NCBI GenBank assembly: GCA_900545245.1
Contig: UQYV01000005.1
Location: 24,922-88,921 of the forward strand
Reading direction: 5' to 3'
DNA length: 64,000 nt
From: an uncultured Bacteroidales bacterium
Lineage (GTDB): Bacteria > Bacteroidota > Bacteroidia > Bacteroidales > UBA932
Numbering within the stretch: the first letter of the stretch is position 1; each line of letters starts with the position of its first letter. The notes under the pieces are model-generated. The model was not told the DNA's origin and ran no database searches. It worked only from the letters and a program-made list of their open reading frames with translations. Position numbers and translations under genes: made by a program. Of this stretch, positions 17,899-27,771 are shown piece after piece.

Positions 17899-18843
17899 AT
17901 GGAGTGGTTTGAAGCTATACTTTTGGGACTGTTGCAGGGTTTGACGGAGTTTTTGCCCGTGAGCAGCAGCGGTCATCTGCAAATCGGAAAAGAATTGCTG
18001 GGGATTAAAAACTCCGGCGACCTTGTGTTTGAGGTGGTAGTCCACGCGGCGACGGTGCTGAGTACGATTGTAGTGTTCAGAAAACAGATTTGGGGACTAT
18101 TGAAGTCTCTTTTTGTGAAAGACGGACTTTTTCGTAGCATCGCACATCCGTCAAAATTCAATGACGGAACGGACTATGTGCTGAAAATTCTGCTTTCGAT
18201 GATACCGGTTTTCATCGTCGGGATGTTCTTCAAGGATGCGGTCGAGGGCCTGTTCGGCTCGTCAATCCATGTGGTGGCAGGAGCCCTGCTGGTGACGGCG
18301 GCGCTGCTTCTGCTCTCTGATAATGCAGGCAAGATTTTTGGACGCTGCTGCCGACGTTGCAAATGCGCGGAGGCTGATGCGGTCTCTTGTAAAGGCTCAG
18401 AGCCTGCAAAAACAACCGATAAATGCGCGGAAGCAACAGAGGTTGTTGAGACTGTCGACAAAGGCACACGCAACGGCATTTCCTATTGGCAGGCATTTGT
18501 CGTGGGACTCGGACAGGCCATTGCGGTCATCCCGGGGCTTTCCCGTTCCGGCACCACCATTGCGACAGGGTTGCTTTGCGGAGTGAAACGCGATGTCGTC
18601 GCCCAGTTCTCATTCCTGATGGTTCTGATTCCTATTCTCGGTGAGGCTTTCCTTGAAATCGTTGGAGGAGATATGGCATCTTCGACTGTCGGAGCGCTTC
18701 CTCTGGTTCTGGGTTTCATTTCCGCCTTCGTCGCAGGACTTTTCGCCTGCAAGGTGATGATTGCTCTCGTGAAGAAGACGAAACTCGGCTGGTTCGCACT
18801 CTACTGTGCAGTTGTTGCCGTTCTTATATTCATTTTCGCATGA
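17899..18843 (+). CDS. uppP: Undecaprenyl-diphosphatase (UppP/BacA) with an unusual Cys-rich insertion of about 30 aa
   Basis: EFLPVSSSGH and PGLSRSGTTI motifs. An insert (GRCCRRCKCAEADAVSCKGSEPAKTTDKCAEATEV) lies between them. Confidence 0.88.
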   Translation: MEWFEAILLGLLQGLTEFLPVSSSGHLQIGKELLGIKNSGDLVFEVVVHAATVLSTIVVFRKQIWGLLKSLFVKDGLFRSIAHPSKFNDGTDYVLKILLSMIPVFIVGMFFKDAVEGLFGSSIHVVAGALLVTAALLLLSDNAGKIFGRCCRRCKCAEADAVSCKGSEPAKTTDKCAEATEVVETVDKGTRNGISYWQAFVVGLGQAIAVIPGLSRSGTTIATGLLCGVKRDVVAQFSFLMVLIPILGEAFLEIVGGDMASSTVGALPLVLGFISAFVAGLFACKVMIALVKKTKLGWFALYCAVVAVLIFIFA

Positions 18844-19577
18844 GGCAAAACCTCACATATTTCGTCGCTGACGTTCACCTCGGCTGTGACGTTCTGAACC
18901 CGCAGGATAGGGAGGCGCGTTTCGTGAAGTTTCTCCGCTCTCTTCCGTCGGAGACCGAGAGCCTCTACCTGCTCGGTGACATCTGGGATTTCTGGTATGA
19001 GTACCGCGACGTCGTTCCCAAAGGCTATGTGCGCGTGTTTGCAGCGCTGCTCGACCTCATCGATCGAGGTGTGAATGTCTATTTCTTTCGCGGCAATCAT
19101 GACGTCTGGAGCTATTCCTACTTCGAGTCTCTCGGGATGAAAATGCTTGAGCAGCCCTACATAACGACCATTTCAGGCAAGGTATTCTGCCTCGGTCACG
19201 GCGATGGCCTCGGCCCCGTTCCGCGCGGCTATCGCATCCTTTCCGGCATCTTCCATTGCCGTCCGCTCCAGAAGATTTTCAGCACGCTGCATCCGTGGTT
19301 CGCGTTTCGTCTTGGCAACAGCTGGTCGAAGAACAACCGTCTGAAGCACAAGACCGAATATGTCTTCCGAAACGAGGACGAGCCGCTATACAAGTTTGCC
19401 GAGTCTTTCGGCGAAACCCGGCACATCGACTACTTCATCTTCGGCCATTTCCACACTCGGGTTGACCTTCGACTTCCGTGCGGAGCGAATTTCCGCATGG
19501 TCAAGGACTGGTTCCGCTCCTCGCCCTACCTCGTCTGGGACGGCCATTCCCTCACCTCCGGGGAGTACGCGGAATGA
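18840..19577 (+). CDS. lpxH: UDP-2,3-diacylglucosamine diphosphatase-like metallophosphoesterase
   Basis: VADVHLG, GDIWDFW and GNHD motifs of the LpxH-type calcineurin-like fold. It overlaps the uppP stop by 4 nt. Confidence 0.75.
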   Translation: MRQNLTYFVADVHLGCDVLNPQDREARFVKFLRSLPSETESLYLLGDIWDFWYEYRDVVPKGYVRVFAALLDLIDRGVNVYFFRGNHDVWSYSYFESLGMKMLEQPYITTISGKVFCLGHGDGLGPVPRGYRILSGIFHCRPLQKIFSTLHPWFAFRLGNSWSKNNRLKHKTEYVFRNEDEPLYKFAESFGETRHIDYFIFGHFHTRVDLRLPCGANFRMVKDWFRSSPYLVWDGHSLTSGEYAE

Positions 19578-19635
19578 GGGTTTGGGGGCGGTCGGGGTGT
19601 TGGTGTGTCAAAAATCTAAACTTTTATGCCAAATT

Positions 19636-19670
19636 TTTGATAGTGGAATCTGTGATGGTGGCTATATTTG
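19636..19670 (+). promoter_or_regulatory. Promoter-like element: TTTG, then the -7 box TATATTTG at 19663-19670
   Basis: It has the same core as the rplC promoter (TATATTTGCAGC) and lies about 275 bp upstream of the IPT/TIG gene start. Confidence 0.35.
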
Positions 19671-19723
19671 CAGCGATTATTGATAGCACTATTATGAAAG
19701 TAATTGTATCACAAGTCACAATG

Positions 19724-19731
19724 GGGGGGGG
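19724..19731. repeat. Homopolymeric G8 tract
   Basis: Seen in the sequence, inside the putative transcript between the promoter at 19663 and the hairpin at 19823. Confidence 0.6.
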
Positions 19732-19822
19732 ATTGTAGTCTGAACGGCAGATGGAGCGGTTCGGGATACCGTCTTTCATTGTCTCTGACAGAATCAGAAA
19801 AATCAATTAAATATATTATGTA

Positions 19823-19852
19823 GCCACATCCGTGAAGATTTGCGGATGTGGC
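19823..19852 (+). terminator. Perfect 10-bp stem-loop GCCACATCCG-N10-CGGATGTGGC followed by TTTCTG; a terminator or attenuator-like structure
   Basis: Seen in the sequence, 90 bp upstream of the IPT/TIG gene start codon. Confidence 0.35.
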
Positions 19853-19944
19853 TTTCTGCGTGTTCACCGGAGCGCGCGGAGGTCTTTTCGCATATCTGCG
19901 CGGTGTGTTTCTCTCTTACGAAAAACAAATTAAACCACACTGTT

Positions 19945-21450
19945 ATGAAAAGAAATCTTCTGAAACTTTTAGTGCTCTGCTCGCTCGCGGCAATGCCTGC
20001 GGTCAGCTGCTCGAAGGATGAACCTAAGGACCCGGGGACTGAAAAACCGGACGACGGCGGCAAGACTGACCCGACTCCGACACCTGAACCTGAAAAGGCA
20101 GCCATAACCGGCTTCACCCCGGCCGAAGGTGGCGCCGGCACCGAGATTACAATCACCGGAACCAACTTCGGCGAGGATGTGAATGCCATCACCGTCATAA
20201 TCAACGGGCGCAAGGTCAAGGCCGAGACCCTCACCGCTTCCGAGGACGGAAAGAGCCAGAGCATCACCTGCAAGGTGCCCCGCGGGACGACTGACGGCGC
20301 GGCGACGGACGCCGAGGTGCGCCTCAGTATAAAGAAGGAAAGCAAGTACGACAACTGTGCGGCCGCCGCGAAGTTCAGGATTACCATGCTGTCGAAGGTG
20401 GAGACCGTCTGCGGCTACACCGACCCTACCGGAGAGCAGAGAGTGCAGGACGGACCTTTCGAGCAGAGCCTCAACGGGGCGGGATTCGCGGATTTCATGA
20501 ACGACATCGTCGTTGATCCGGTTAACCATAACGTGCTTTGGGTGCTTGAGTCATGGGGCAATCTCAGAAAGGTTGACCTTGCTGCAAAACAGGTGACGAC
20601 AGTAGCCAAAAGTTCATTCTACACCGGAGACGGCAACATCTACTCGATGGCGTGGCTTGACGAAAATAACCTTCTCGTCGCCATCTATCAGGACCGCTCG
20701 GAAACCGAGGTCGGCATCATGAAGCTCACGAGAGACGGCGACGGCTTCAAGGGTGAGGTTGTCGTGACGGACAAGCTTATCCGTGCGATTGCGGTTCATC
20801 CGGTCAATCACGAGGTCTATTATCTTCAGGACGGCGATGCCGGAAAGAACGTGAAGAGGTATGACCCTGCGACTGGAGAAGTTTCAGAGACGCTCTTCCA
20901 GTATGACGGCATGCCGCTCGGAGAAAACGAGGACTGGGACGGAATGACCGGAGTCAAGATTGTCTTCCATCCGACCGGGAACTATGCCTACATCATCCAT
21001 GCAAAGTCGTCAATCATAATGAAATGCGAATATGACTGGGCTAAAAAGGAACTTCTGACGCAGAACTCATGGGCGGTTGGCTGCGATTACGGAGGACACC
21101 TTGACGGAGTAGGTACGGAAGCCCAGCTCAACAGGCCTTACGGCGGCGTGTTCGTGAAGAACGACTACTATGTTTCCGAAGGCTTTGAGGACCAATACGA
21201 TTTCTATGTCGCCGATTCATGGAACGGCTGCATCAGAAAGATCACTCCTGAATATGCCGTGTCAACCTTTGCCGGCCGCGGAAGCGCCAATGCTCCTGGT
21301 GATGTCTGGGTCGGTGACCAGGACGGTGACCTTCGCAAGGAAGCCCGTTTCGCCATTCCGCAGGGCATAACTTATGAGCCTGCCAGCGGAACATTCTACA
21401 TCGCCGACCGCCACTACCGTCGCGTGAGGAAGATTACATATCTCGACTAA
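19945..21450 (+). CDS. IPT/TIG-domain lipoprotein with NHL/beta-propeller-like repeats; the typical first gene of a PUL
   Basis: Lipoprotein signal (LLVLCSLAAMPAVSC), an IPT/TIG segment (ITGFTPAEGGAGTEITITGTNFGEDVNAITVIINGRKV) and NHL-like repeats (YVADSWNGCIRKI, FYIADRHYRRVRKI). The ORF-track start at 19840 is an unlikely TTG extension. Confidence 0.7.
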   Translation: MKRNLLKLLVLCSLAAMPAVSCSKDEPKDPGTEKPDDGGKTDPTPTPEPEKAAITGFTPAEGGAGTEITITGTNFGEDVNAITVIINGRKVKAETLTASEDGKSQSITCKVPRGTTDGAATDAEVRLSIKKESKYDNCAAAAKFRITMLSKVETVCGYTDPTGEQRVQDGPFEQSLNGAGFADFMNDIVVDPVNHNVLWVLESWGNLRKVDLAAKQVTTVAKSSFYTGDGNIYSMAWLDENNLLVAIYQDRSETEVGIMKLTRDGDGFKGEVVVTDKLIRAIAVHPVNHEVYYLQDGDAGKNVKRYDPATGEVSETLFQYDGMPLGENEDWDGMTGVKIVFHPTGNYAYIIHAKSSIIMKCEYDWAKKELLTQNSWAVGCDYGGHLDGVGTEAQLNRPYGGVFVKNDYYVSEGFEDQYDFYVADSWNGCIRKITPEYAVSTFAGRGSANAPGDVWVGDQDGDLRKEARFAIPQGITYEPASGTFYIADRHYRRVRKITYLD

Positions 21451-21495
21451 TCTCCTGTGTTTCAGGAAATCGTGGACTGAAAACGGAATTTGTTC

Positions 21496-24400
21496 ATGGG
21501 AATTAAAAGAATCATCGCAACATTGTTTCTGCTGTGCGGCATCCTCGCTTCTGCGGCCGCGCAGCAGAAAATTACGCTGACAGGTCTCGTGACCGACACG
21601 AAAAAGGAACCGCTCATCGGCGCCGGAGTCGTGGTCAAAGGCTCGGTCGGCAACTACGCCATAACTGACCTCGACGGCCGCTTCACGCTCGAAATGGAGC
21701 CCTACAACCGCATCGAGGTCTCTTTCCTCGGCTTCAAGACCAAGGAACTGCTCATCAAGGAAGAGAAATATGTGGAGGTAACTCTTGAGGAGGACGTGTC
21801 CCTCGCCATCGACGAGGTCGTCGTGACCGCCAGCGGTGCCCAGCGCAAGCTCACCCAGACAGGTGCCGTGACCCCCGTGAGCGTCGATGCGCTCAAGACA
21901 TCCGCCACGGGAAGCATCACCAACTCCCTCGCCGGAAACGCACCGGGCATCATCGCCCGCCAGACAAGCGGACAGCCGGGCTACAATGTCTCCGAATTCT
22001 GGATTCGAGGCATCTCCACCTTCGGCGCCGGCTCAAGTGCGCTTGTGCTCGTGGATGGCTTCGAGCGTGACCTGAACCAGCTCAACGTGGAGGACATAGA
22101 ATCTTTCTCCGTGCTCAAGGACGCTTCCGAGACGGCCATTTACGGCTCTCGCGGAGCGAACGGCGTCGTGCTCATCACCACCAAGCGCGGCAACGAGGGC
22201 AAGGTAAACATCGACGCGAAGTTCGAGACAGTCTATAACACGCGCACCTACACGCCTGAGTTCGCGGACGGTGTGACTTACTCCCAGATGGTGAACGAGG
22301 CTCTCACGACCCGAAACCAGGAGCCTTACTACACGAGCGAGGAACTCGGAATCATCGCGGCCGGAACAGACCCTGACCGGCTTCCGAACACGGACTGGAT
22401 GAAGCTCCTGATGAAGGACGGTGCGATGAGCTACCGGGGCTCGATTAACATCAACGGTGGCGGCCAGAACGCGCGCTACTACCTCTCCGCCAGCTACCTC
22501 AACGAGGGCGGTATGTACAATGTCGACAAGAACCTCAAGAGCCGCTACAACACCAACGCCAACAACGAGAAGTGGAACTACCGCATGAACGCGGACGTGA
22601 ACATAACCCCGACGACCCTTCTCCAGATGGGTGTGGGCGGTATGTATCAGAAACTTGACGAGTCGGGTTCCACGTCTTCGGAGATTTGGAGCTCGCTCAT
22701 CGGGCAGACCCCGGTTTCGGTTCCGGCAATTTATTCCAACGGGCTCTATCCGGGAATGAAGGTCGGCGACGAGACCTATTCCGAGGTGAAGGTCAATCCG
22801 TGGATCCGCTCCACCCAGACCGGATACACCCAGCAGTGGTGGAACCGCATCCAGACCAACTTCACCCTCACGCAGGACTTCAAGTTCATCACCGAAGGGC
22901 TCAAGTTCGTCGGCCGCTTCGGATTCGACACCAACAACTACAACCAGATTCGCCGCTACAAGATGCCGGAGCTCTGGAAGGCAAAGCGCTACCGCGAGCT
23001 TGACGGCACCCTGCTCTTCAACAGGATTGACAAGCCGGTCGAGATGAGCCAGACTTCCTACAGCAGCGGCGACAGGAAGGTCTATCTTGAGGCCGAGCTC
23101 CGCTACGACAGGATTTTCGGCGACGGGCACAATGTCAGCGGACTTCTCAAATATCTCCAGGACTCCACGACCGAGACCATGTCCACCGACGGAGCGGATA
23201 TGAAGAAGGCCCTCGCCCGCAGGCATCAGGGACTTGTCGGACGCGCGGCATACAACTGGAAATACCGCTATTTCGTCAACTTCAACTTCGGCTACACCGG
23301 TTCCGAGAACTTCGCCACCGGCAGCAAGTTCGGCTTCTTTCCAGCTGTCTCAGTGGCATGGAACCTTGCCGAGGAGCCGTGGCTCAGGAAGCTTCTCCCT
23401 TGGATGAGCATGACCAAGCTCCGCTATTCATGGGGACGGGTCGGAAACGACCAGCTGATGGACTCGAACGGCAACAGCCTGCGTTTCCCCTACATGTACA
23501 CTCTCGGCTACCTCAAGGGCTACCAGTGGTCGGACTTCACCCAGAGCAACATCTACGACGGCAGCGGCATCGGCTACACCGGCACGGCTCCCGTTCCTCT
23601 CGTGACATGGGAAATCGCCGTGAAGCACGACGTCGGACTTGACCTCGCGTGGTTCAACGACAAGTTCACGATGACGGTTGACTGGTTCCGCGAGACCCGT
23701 ACTGGCATCTTCCTCAAGAGAAGCTACCTCCCGGGCACGGTGGGGCAGGATGTCGAAGTCTATGGAAACGTCGGCGCGGCCCTTTCGACCGGCCTTGACG
23801 GCAACTTCGCCTTCAAGCAGATGCTCGGTCCGGTGGAGATGACCCTCAGGGGCAACATGACATACACCCGCAACGAGGTTCTTGAGAAGGACGAGGGATA
23901 TGCGGTCTATCCGTACCAGCAGGAAAAGGGCTACCGAATCAATCAGGCGAAGGGTCTGATTGCGCTCGGCCTCTTCAAGGACTATGACGACATCCGCACC
24001 AGTCCAAAGCAGACTTTCGGAACATACCAGCCGGGTGACATCAAGTACAAGGACGTGAACGGCGACGGCGTGATTGACGAGGGCGACTATGTTGCAATCG
24101 GAACCACAACCGTGCCTTCGCTCATCTACGGAGCCGGTCTTTCGCTCCGCTGGAACGGAATTGATTTCAACATGCACTTCCAGGGCGCGGGCAAGTCTTC
24201 GTTCTTCATCAACGGTCCGGGCGTGTATGCCTTCAGCCAGGGAGAATGGGGAAATGTCCTCAAGTCCGTGGCGGAATCCGACAGGTGGATTTCAAAGGAC
24301 ATATCTGGAACCGAGGCTACGGAGAACCCGAACGCGTCATATCCACGGCTTTCATACGGCGGAAACGCAAACAACTACCGCCCATCGACCTACTGGCTCC

Positions 24401-24624
24401 GCGACGGCTCATATCTCCGTCTCAAGACCCTCGAAATCGGATATACCCTTCCAAAACAGATTGTCAGCAAGGCGAAGATGAGCGATCTGCGTTTCTTCAT
24501 CATCGGCTCGAATCTTCTGACATTCTCGAAGTTCAAGCTCTGGGATCCGGAGCTCGGAAGTTCGGACGGCGCGGCATATCCGCTCACGAAGTCCGTGACT
24601 GTCGGGCTTAACGTTAAATTCTAA
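21496..24624 (+). CDS. SusC/RagA-family TonB-dependent receptor
   Basis: About 1040 aa with a signal peptide, carboxypeptidase-regulatory-like N-domain, a TonB-box-like DEVVVTA, a plug and a barrel ending LNVKF. Confidence 0.9.
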   Translation: MGIKRIIATLFLLCGILASAAAQQKITLTGLVTDTKKEPLIGAGVVVKGSVGNYAITDLDGRFTLEMEPYNRIEVSFLGFKTKELLIKEEKYVEVTLEEDVSLAIDEVVVTASGAQRKLTQTGAVTPVSVDALKTSATGSITNSLAGNAPGIIARQTSGQPGYNVSEFWIRGISTFGAGSSALVLVDGFERDLNQLNVEDIESFSVLKDASETAIYGSRGANGVVLITTKRGNEGKVNIDAKFETVYNTRTYTPEFADGVTYSQMVNEALTTRNQEPYYTSEELGIIAAGTDPDRLPNTDWMKLLMKDGAMSYRGSININGGGQNARYYLSASYLNEGGMYNVDKNLKSRYNTNANNEKWNYRMNADVNITPTTLLQMGVGGMYQKLDESGSTSSEIWSSLIGQTPVSVPAIYSNGLYPGMKVGDETYSEVKVNPWIRSTQTGYTQQWWNRIQTNFTLTQDFKFITEGLKFVGRFGFDTNNYNQIRRYKMPELWKAKRYRELDGTLLFNRIDKPVEMSQTSYSSGDRKVYLEAELRYDRIFGDGHNVSGLLKYLQDSTTETMSTDGADMKKALARRHQGLVGRAAYNWKYRYFVNFNFGYTGSENFATGSKFGFFPAVSVAWNLAEEPWLRKLLPWMSMTKLRYSWGRVGNDQLMDSNGNSLRFPYMYTLGYLKGYQWSDFTQSNIYDGSGIGYTGTAPVPLVTWEIAVKHDVGLDLAWFNDKFTMTVDWFRETRTGIFLKRSYLPGTVGQDVEVYGNVGAALSTGLDGNFAFKQMLGPVEMTLRGNMTYTRNEVLEKDEGYAVYPYQQEKGYRINQAKGLIALGLFKDYDDIRTSPKQTFGTYQPGDIKYKDVNGDGVIDEGDYVAIGTTTVPSLIYGAGLSLRWNGIDFNMHFQGAGKSSFFINGPGVYAFSQGEWGNVLKSVAESDRWISKDISGTEATENPNASYPRLSYGGNANNYRPSTYWLRDGSYLRLKTLEIGYTLPKQIVSKAKMSDLRFFIIGSNLLTFSKFKLWDPELGSSDGAAYPLTKSVTVGLNVKF

Positions 24625-24642
24625 GGAGGGGAGATTATTGAC

Positions 24643-26739
24643 ATGAAGACATTTAGCAGAATTTTCATACCGGCGGCGCTTGCCGTCATCGGGGCGGGAA
24701 GCCTCGCGTCATGCTCGTTCCTTGAAGTTGACAAGTATTTCGACGAGCAGCTGACAATAGAGAAGGTCTTCTCGAACAAGGACTACACCGAGAACTGGCT
24801 GAACAACACGTTCTCGTACATGAACTATGTGGTCGATGTGTCCAACCAGTTCGGAACCGTGGAGAACTTCGCGGACGATCTCTGCTTCAACGGCAGCGAA
24901 TACACGAAGTTCAAGACCGTCTCATACGACGAGAGCTATCGCCAGAAGACATGGACATATTGCTGGCAGGGAATAAACAAGGCCTGCGTGTTCATCGCGC
25001 ACATCGACGGCAACACGGCTGTTTCCGAGGCGGAACGCGCCGACTACAAGGCCCAGGCCCGTTTCGCCCGTGCCTACTACTATTGGGCTCTCCTGCGCAA
25101 GTACGGCCCGATTCCGCTTCTTCCGGAGGAGGGTGCGGACTATTCGGACAGCTACGACAACCTCTCCATTCCCCGCCGCAGCTACGAGGAGTGCGCGGAA
25201 TACATCGCTTCCGAGTTTGCCCTTGCGGCCGCCGGCCTTCCTCTGAGGAGGGACGCGACCAATGCCGCCCGTCCGACGCGCGGCGCGGCTCTCGCCTACC
25301 GTGCGAAGGTGCTTCTCTATGAGGCAAGTCCTCTCGCCAACGGCAACGACGACGCCTACGCGCAGAGACTGCTTGACGATCAGGGAAACAGACTGCTTTC
25401 TCAGAATTATGACGAAAGCAAATGGGCGAAGGCTGCGGCAGCAGCCCGTGACGTGATAGAACTTGGACAATATGACCTCTACACTGCAAAGCGCAGGAAC
25501 TCGGCCAATTCGGACTATGAGCCGAAGACCGTGACTCCGTTCAACGACGGGGAGTTCTACAGTCAGAACTGGCCGGACGGCTATGCTGACATCGACCCGT
25601 TCGAGTCCTACCGCTCGCTGTTCAACGGAGCGGTGAAGCTCAACGACAATCCGGAGATTATCTTCTCCCGCGGAAAGAACGGCGCGAACGGCTGGAACGC
25701 GGCGGAACAGGAGCAGGAGGCATACGACCTTGCATATTTCATTCATGAGATGCTTCCTGTCGCTGCCGGCGGCTCAAACTGCATCTCGATTACTCAGAAA
25801 CAGTGCGACGCCTACTATATGTATGACGGCAGGGACCTTCCGGGCAAGGACAGCGAACTCGGCAGGGGCGACGGCTCGGCAAGGCCGGGGATGCTCTCCG
25901 ACTCCGAGGCAGCAAACCTCAGCTACTCTCCGCAGCTCGGAACGAACGCCGAGGTGAGGAAGAACATCTCCAAGCAGTATGCCAACCGCGAGCCGCGCTT
26001 CTATGCGAGCGTTGCCTACAACGGTTCCGTGTGGTACCGCAACAGCGAGGTCTATACGACTCCGCAGCCGCTCACTTCCAAGCAGTGCTGGTACTACCGC
26101 GACAACGTGAACGGAAAGAAGGCGGGAACATCCTCATGGCCTCTGACCGGAATAGGCTTCAAGAAATATGTCCATCCACAGGACTCGAACCTGACTTCGG
26201 ACTCCAAGATTCTTGACAAGGCCGAGCCTGCGATAAGGTATGCCGACATCCTGCTCTGCTACGCCGAGGCCCTCAACGAACTTGACGGCTCCTACAGCGT
26301 TCTTTCTTGGGACGGCAAGCAGACCTACACCATAAGCCGCAGCATCACGGAGCTCGAAAGGGGAATCCACCCCGTGAGAATCCGTGCCGGTCTGCCGGAC
26401 TTCGCCGACGAGGTTTATGGCGACAAGGTCCTTTTCCGCGAAAAGCTCAAGAGGGAACGCCAGATCGAGCTTCTCGGCGAGTGCCAGCGCTACTACGACC
26501 TTCGCCGCTGGAAGGATGCCGAGAAGGAGACGATAGACCCGATTTACGGCTGCAACATGAACATCGCGCAGTCCGGTTCCAACTCTTCCGAGGCAAGGCT
26601 CCTGTTCCATACTCCCGTGGAGATTCCTTCCGTGCCGGCGGTATTCGTCGAGAAGTCATATTTCTGGCCTTTCGCGAAGGATGAACTCAAGCGCAACAAG
26701 CGTCTGACGCAGAATCCGGGATGGAACGTAAACGACTAA
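24643..26739 (+). CDS. SusD/RagB-family nutrient-binding lipoprotein
   Basis: 698 aa with lipoprotein signal (LASCSF) and TPR-like SusD features (YYYWALLRKYGPIP); immediately downstream of susC. Confidence 0.85.
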   Translation: MKTFSRIFIPAALAVIGAGSLASCSFLEVDKYFDEQLTIEKVFSNKDYTENWLNNTFSYMNYVVDVSNQFGTVENFADDLCFNGSEYTKFKTVSYDESYRQKTWTYCWQGINKACVFIAHIDGNTAVSEAERADYKAQARFARAYYYWALLRKYGPIPLLPEEGADYSDSYDNLSIPRRSYEECAEYIASEFALAAAGLPLRRDATNAARPTRGAALAYRAKVLLYEASPLANGNDDAYAQRLLDDQGNRLLSQNYDESKWAKAAAAARDVIELGQYDLYTAKRRNSANSDYEPKTVTPFNDGEFYSQNWPDGYADIDPFESYRSLFNGAVKLNDNPEIIFSRGKNGANGWNAAEQEQEAYDLAYFIHEMLPVAAGGSNCISITQKQCDAYYMYDGRDLPGKDSELGRGDGSARPGMLSDSEAANLSYSPQLGTNAEVRKNISKQYANREPRFYASVAYNGSVWYRNSEVYTTPQPLTSKQCWYYRDNVNGKKAGTSSWPLTGIGFKKYVHPQDSNLTSDSKILDKAEPAIRYADILLCYAEALNELDGSYSVLSWDGKQTYTISRSITELERGIHPVRIRAGLPDFADEVYGDKVLFREKLKRERQIELLGECQRYYDLRRWKDAEKETIDPIYGCNMNIAQSGSNSSEARLLFHTPVEIPSVPAVFVEKSYFWPFAKDELKRNKRLTQNPGWNVND

Positions 26740-26750
26740 TCTGTAACATA

Positions 26751-27761
26751 ATGAATAAGAATATTCTGAAAATATGCATTGCGTTGCCCGTTCTCGGGGC
26801 GGCTCTCGTCTCCTGCAACAAGGAATGGGTGGAGGAACAGTACGAACACTACATCTCGTTCGCCACTCCGCTCGACTACACTGCGGGCACGAGCAGCATC
26901 TATGTCTCCTACAAGGAAGACGGGAACGTGACCTACAAGGTTCCGGTTATAGTGAGCGGCTCGACCGAGCCCGACAGCGACCTCGACATCCGCGTGAAGG
27001 TCGATAAGGACACGCTCGCGCTCATCAACGACGACCATTTCAAGCAGCGCGCCGACCTCTACTACAAGGAACTTCCGTCAAGTTTCTACAGCCTCGGCGA
27101 CGCGACTGTGCACATTCCGGCAGGGGAGTATCAGGGGACGCTCGACGTGAACTTTTCCCTCAGGGACATAGACCTCACGGAGAAATGGGTGCTGCCTCTG
27201 ATGATTGATGACGGGAACGCCTCCTACACGGCGCATCCGCGCAAGGACTACGCGAAGGCGATTCTCCGCGTGATTCCGTTCAACAAGTACTCCGGAAAGT
27301 ACAACGCAACGACGATGAACGTCTATATGGGCAATGAGACGTCCAACGCCATCTGCGTGACTGACAGGACGCTCTATGTCGTCGACGGCGAGTCCGTTTT
27401 CTTCTATGCCGGGCTCACCGACGAGGAACTCACGACATCGAAGCGCAACCGCTACAAGATTGTCGTGCGTTTCGAGGAGGACTATGACGAGGACGGAATG
27501 GGCAATGTCTTCCTCTCGGCGGCCGACCCGTCCCTGAACCTAAGGACAAGCGGCAGGCAGACCTACGAGATAACCGAGCGCAAGGACGCGCTCCAGCCCT
27601 ATCTCGTGCACCGCTACGTCACTCTGCGTCTGAACTACTACTACGACGACTTCACGACCTACTCCGACAAGGTGCTCACGTACCACGCGAAGGGCTCGAT
27701 GATGACCGAGCGCAAGATTAACACCCAGATTCCTGATGAGGATCAGGCAATCGACTGGTAA
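26751..27761 (+). CDS. PUL-associated surface lipoprotein, tentatively labelled DUF1735/DUF4361-like
   Basis: Lipoprotein signal (ALVSC), about 335 aa, positioned right after susD. Confidence 0.5.
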   Translation: MNKNILKICIALPVLGAALVSCNKEWVEEQYEHYISFATPLDYTAGTSSIYVSYKEDGNVTYKVPVIVSGSTEPDSDLDIRVKVDKDTLALINDDHFKQRADLYYKELPSSFYSLGDATVHIPAGEYQGTLDVNFSLRDIDLTEKWVLPLMIDDGNASYTAHPRKDYAKAILRVIPFNKYSGKYNATTMNVYMGNETSNAICVTDRTLYVVDGESVFFYAGLTDEELTTSKRNRYKIVVRFEEDYDEDGMGNVFLSAADPSLNLRTSGRQTYEITERKDALQPYLVHRYVTLRLNYYYDDFTTYSDKVLTYHAKGSMMTERKINTQIPDEDQAIDW

Positions 27762-27771
27762 TGCGGAGGAT

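Noticed and set aside
19840-19944. N-terminal extension (TTG start) of the IPT/TIG lipoprotein ORF
   Set aside because: The extension runs through the strong hairpin at 19823-19852 and has no signal-peptide character. The ATG at 19945 gives a canonical lipoprotein signal.
22033-23226. Long antisense ORFs inside real genes: 397 aa opposite susC here, and also 27796-28818, 24922-25746, 57027-58235, 44927-45658, 19803-20387, 19969-20529 and 35369-35893
   Set aside because: They lie entirely within well-supported sense-strand genes. Their translations are Arg/Gly/Ala/Pro-rich low-complexity sequence typical of antisense frames in GC-rich coding DNA, with no recognisable domains or signals.
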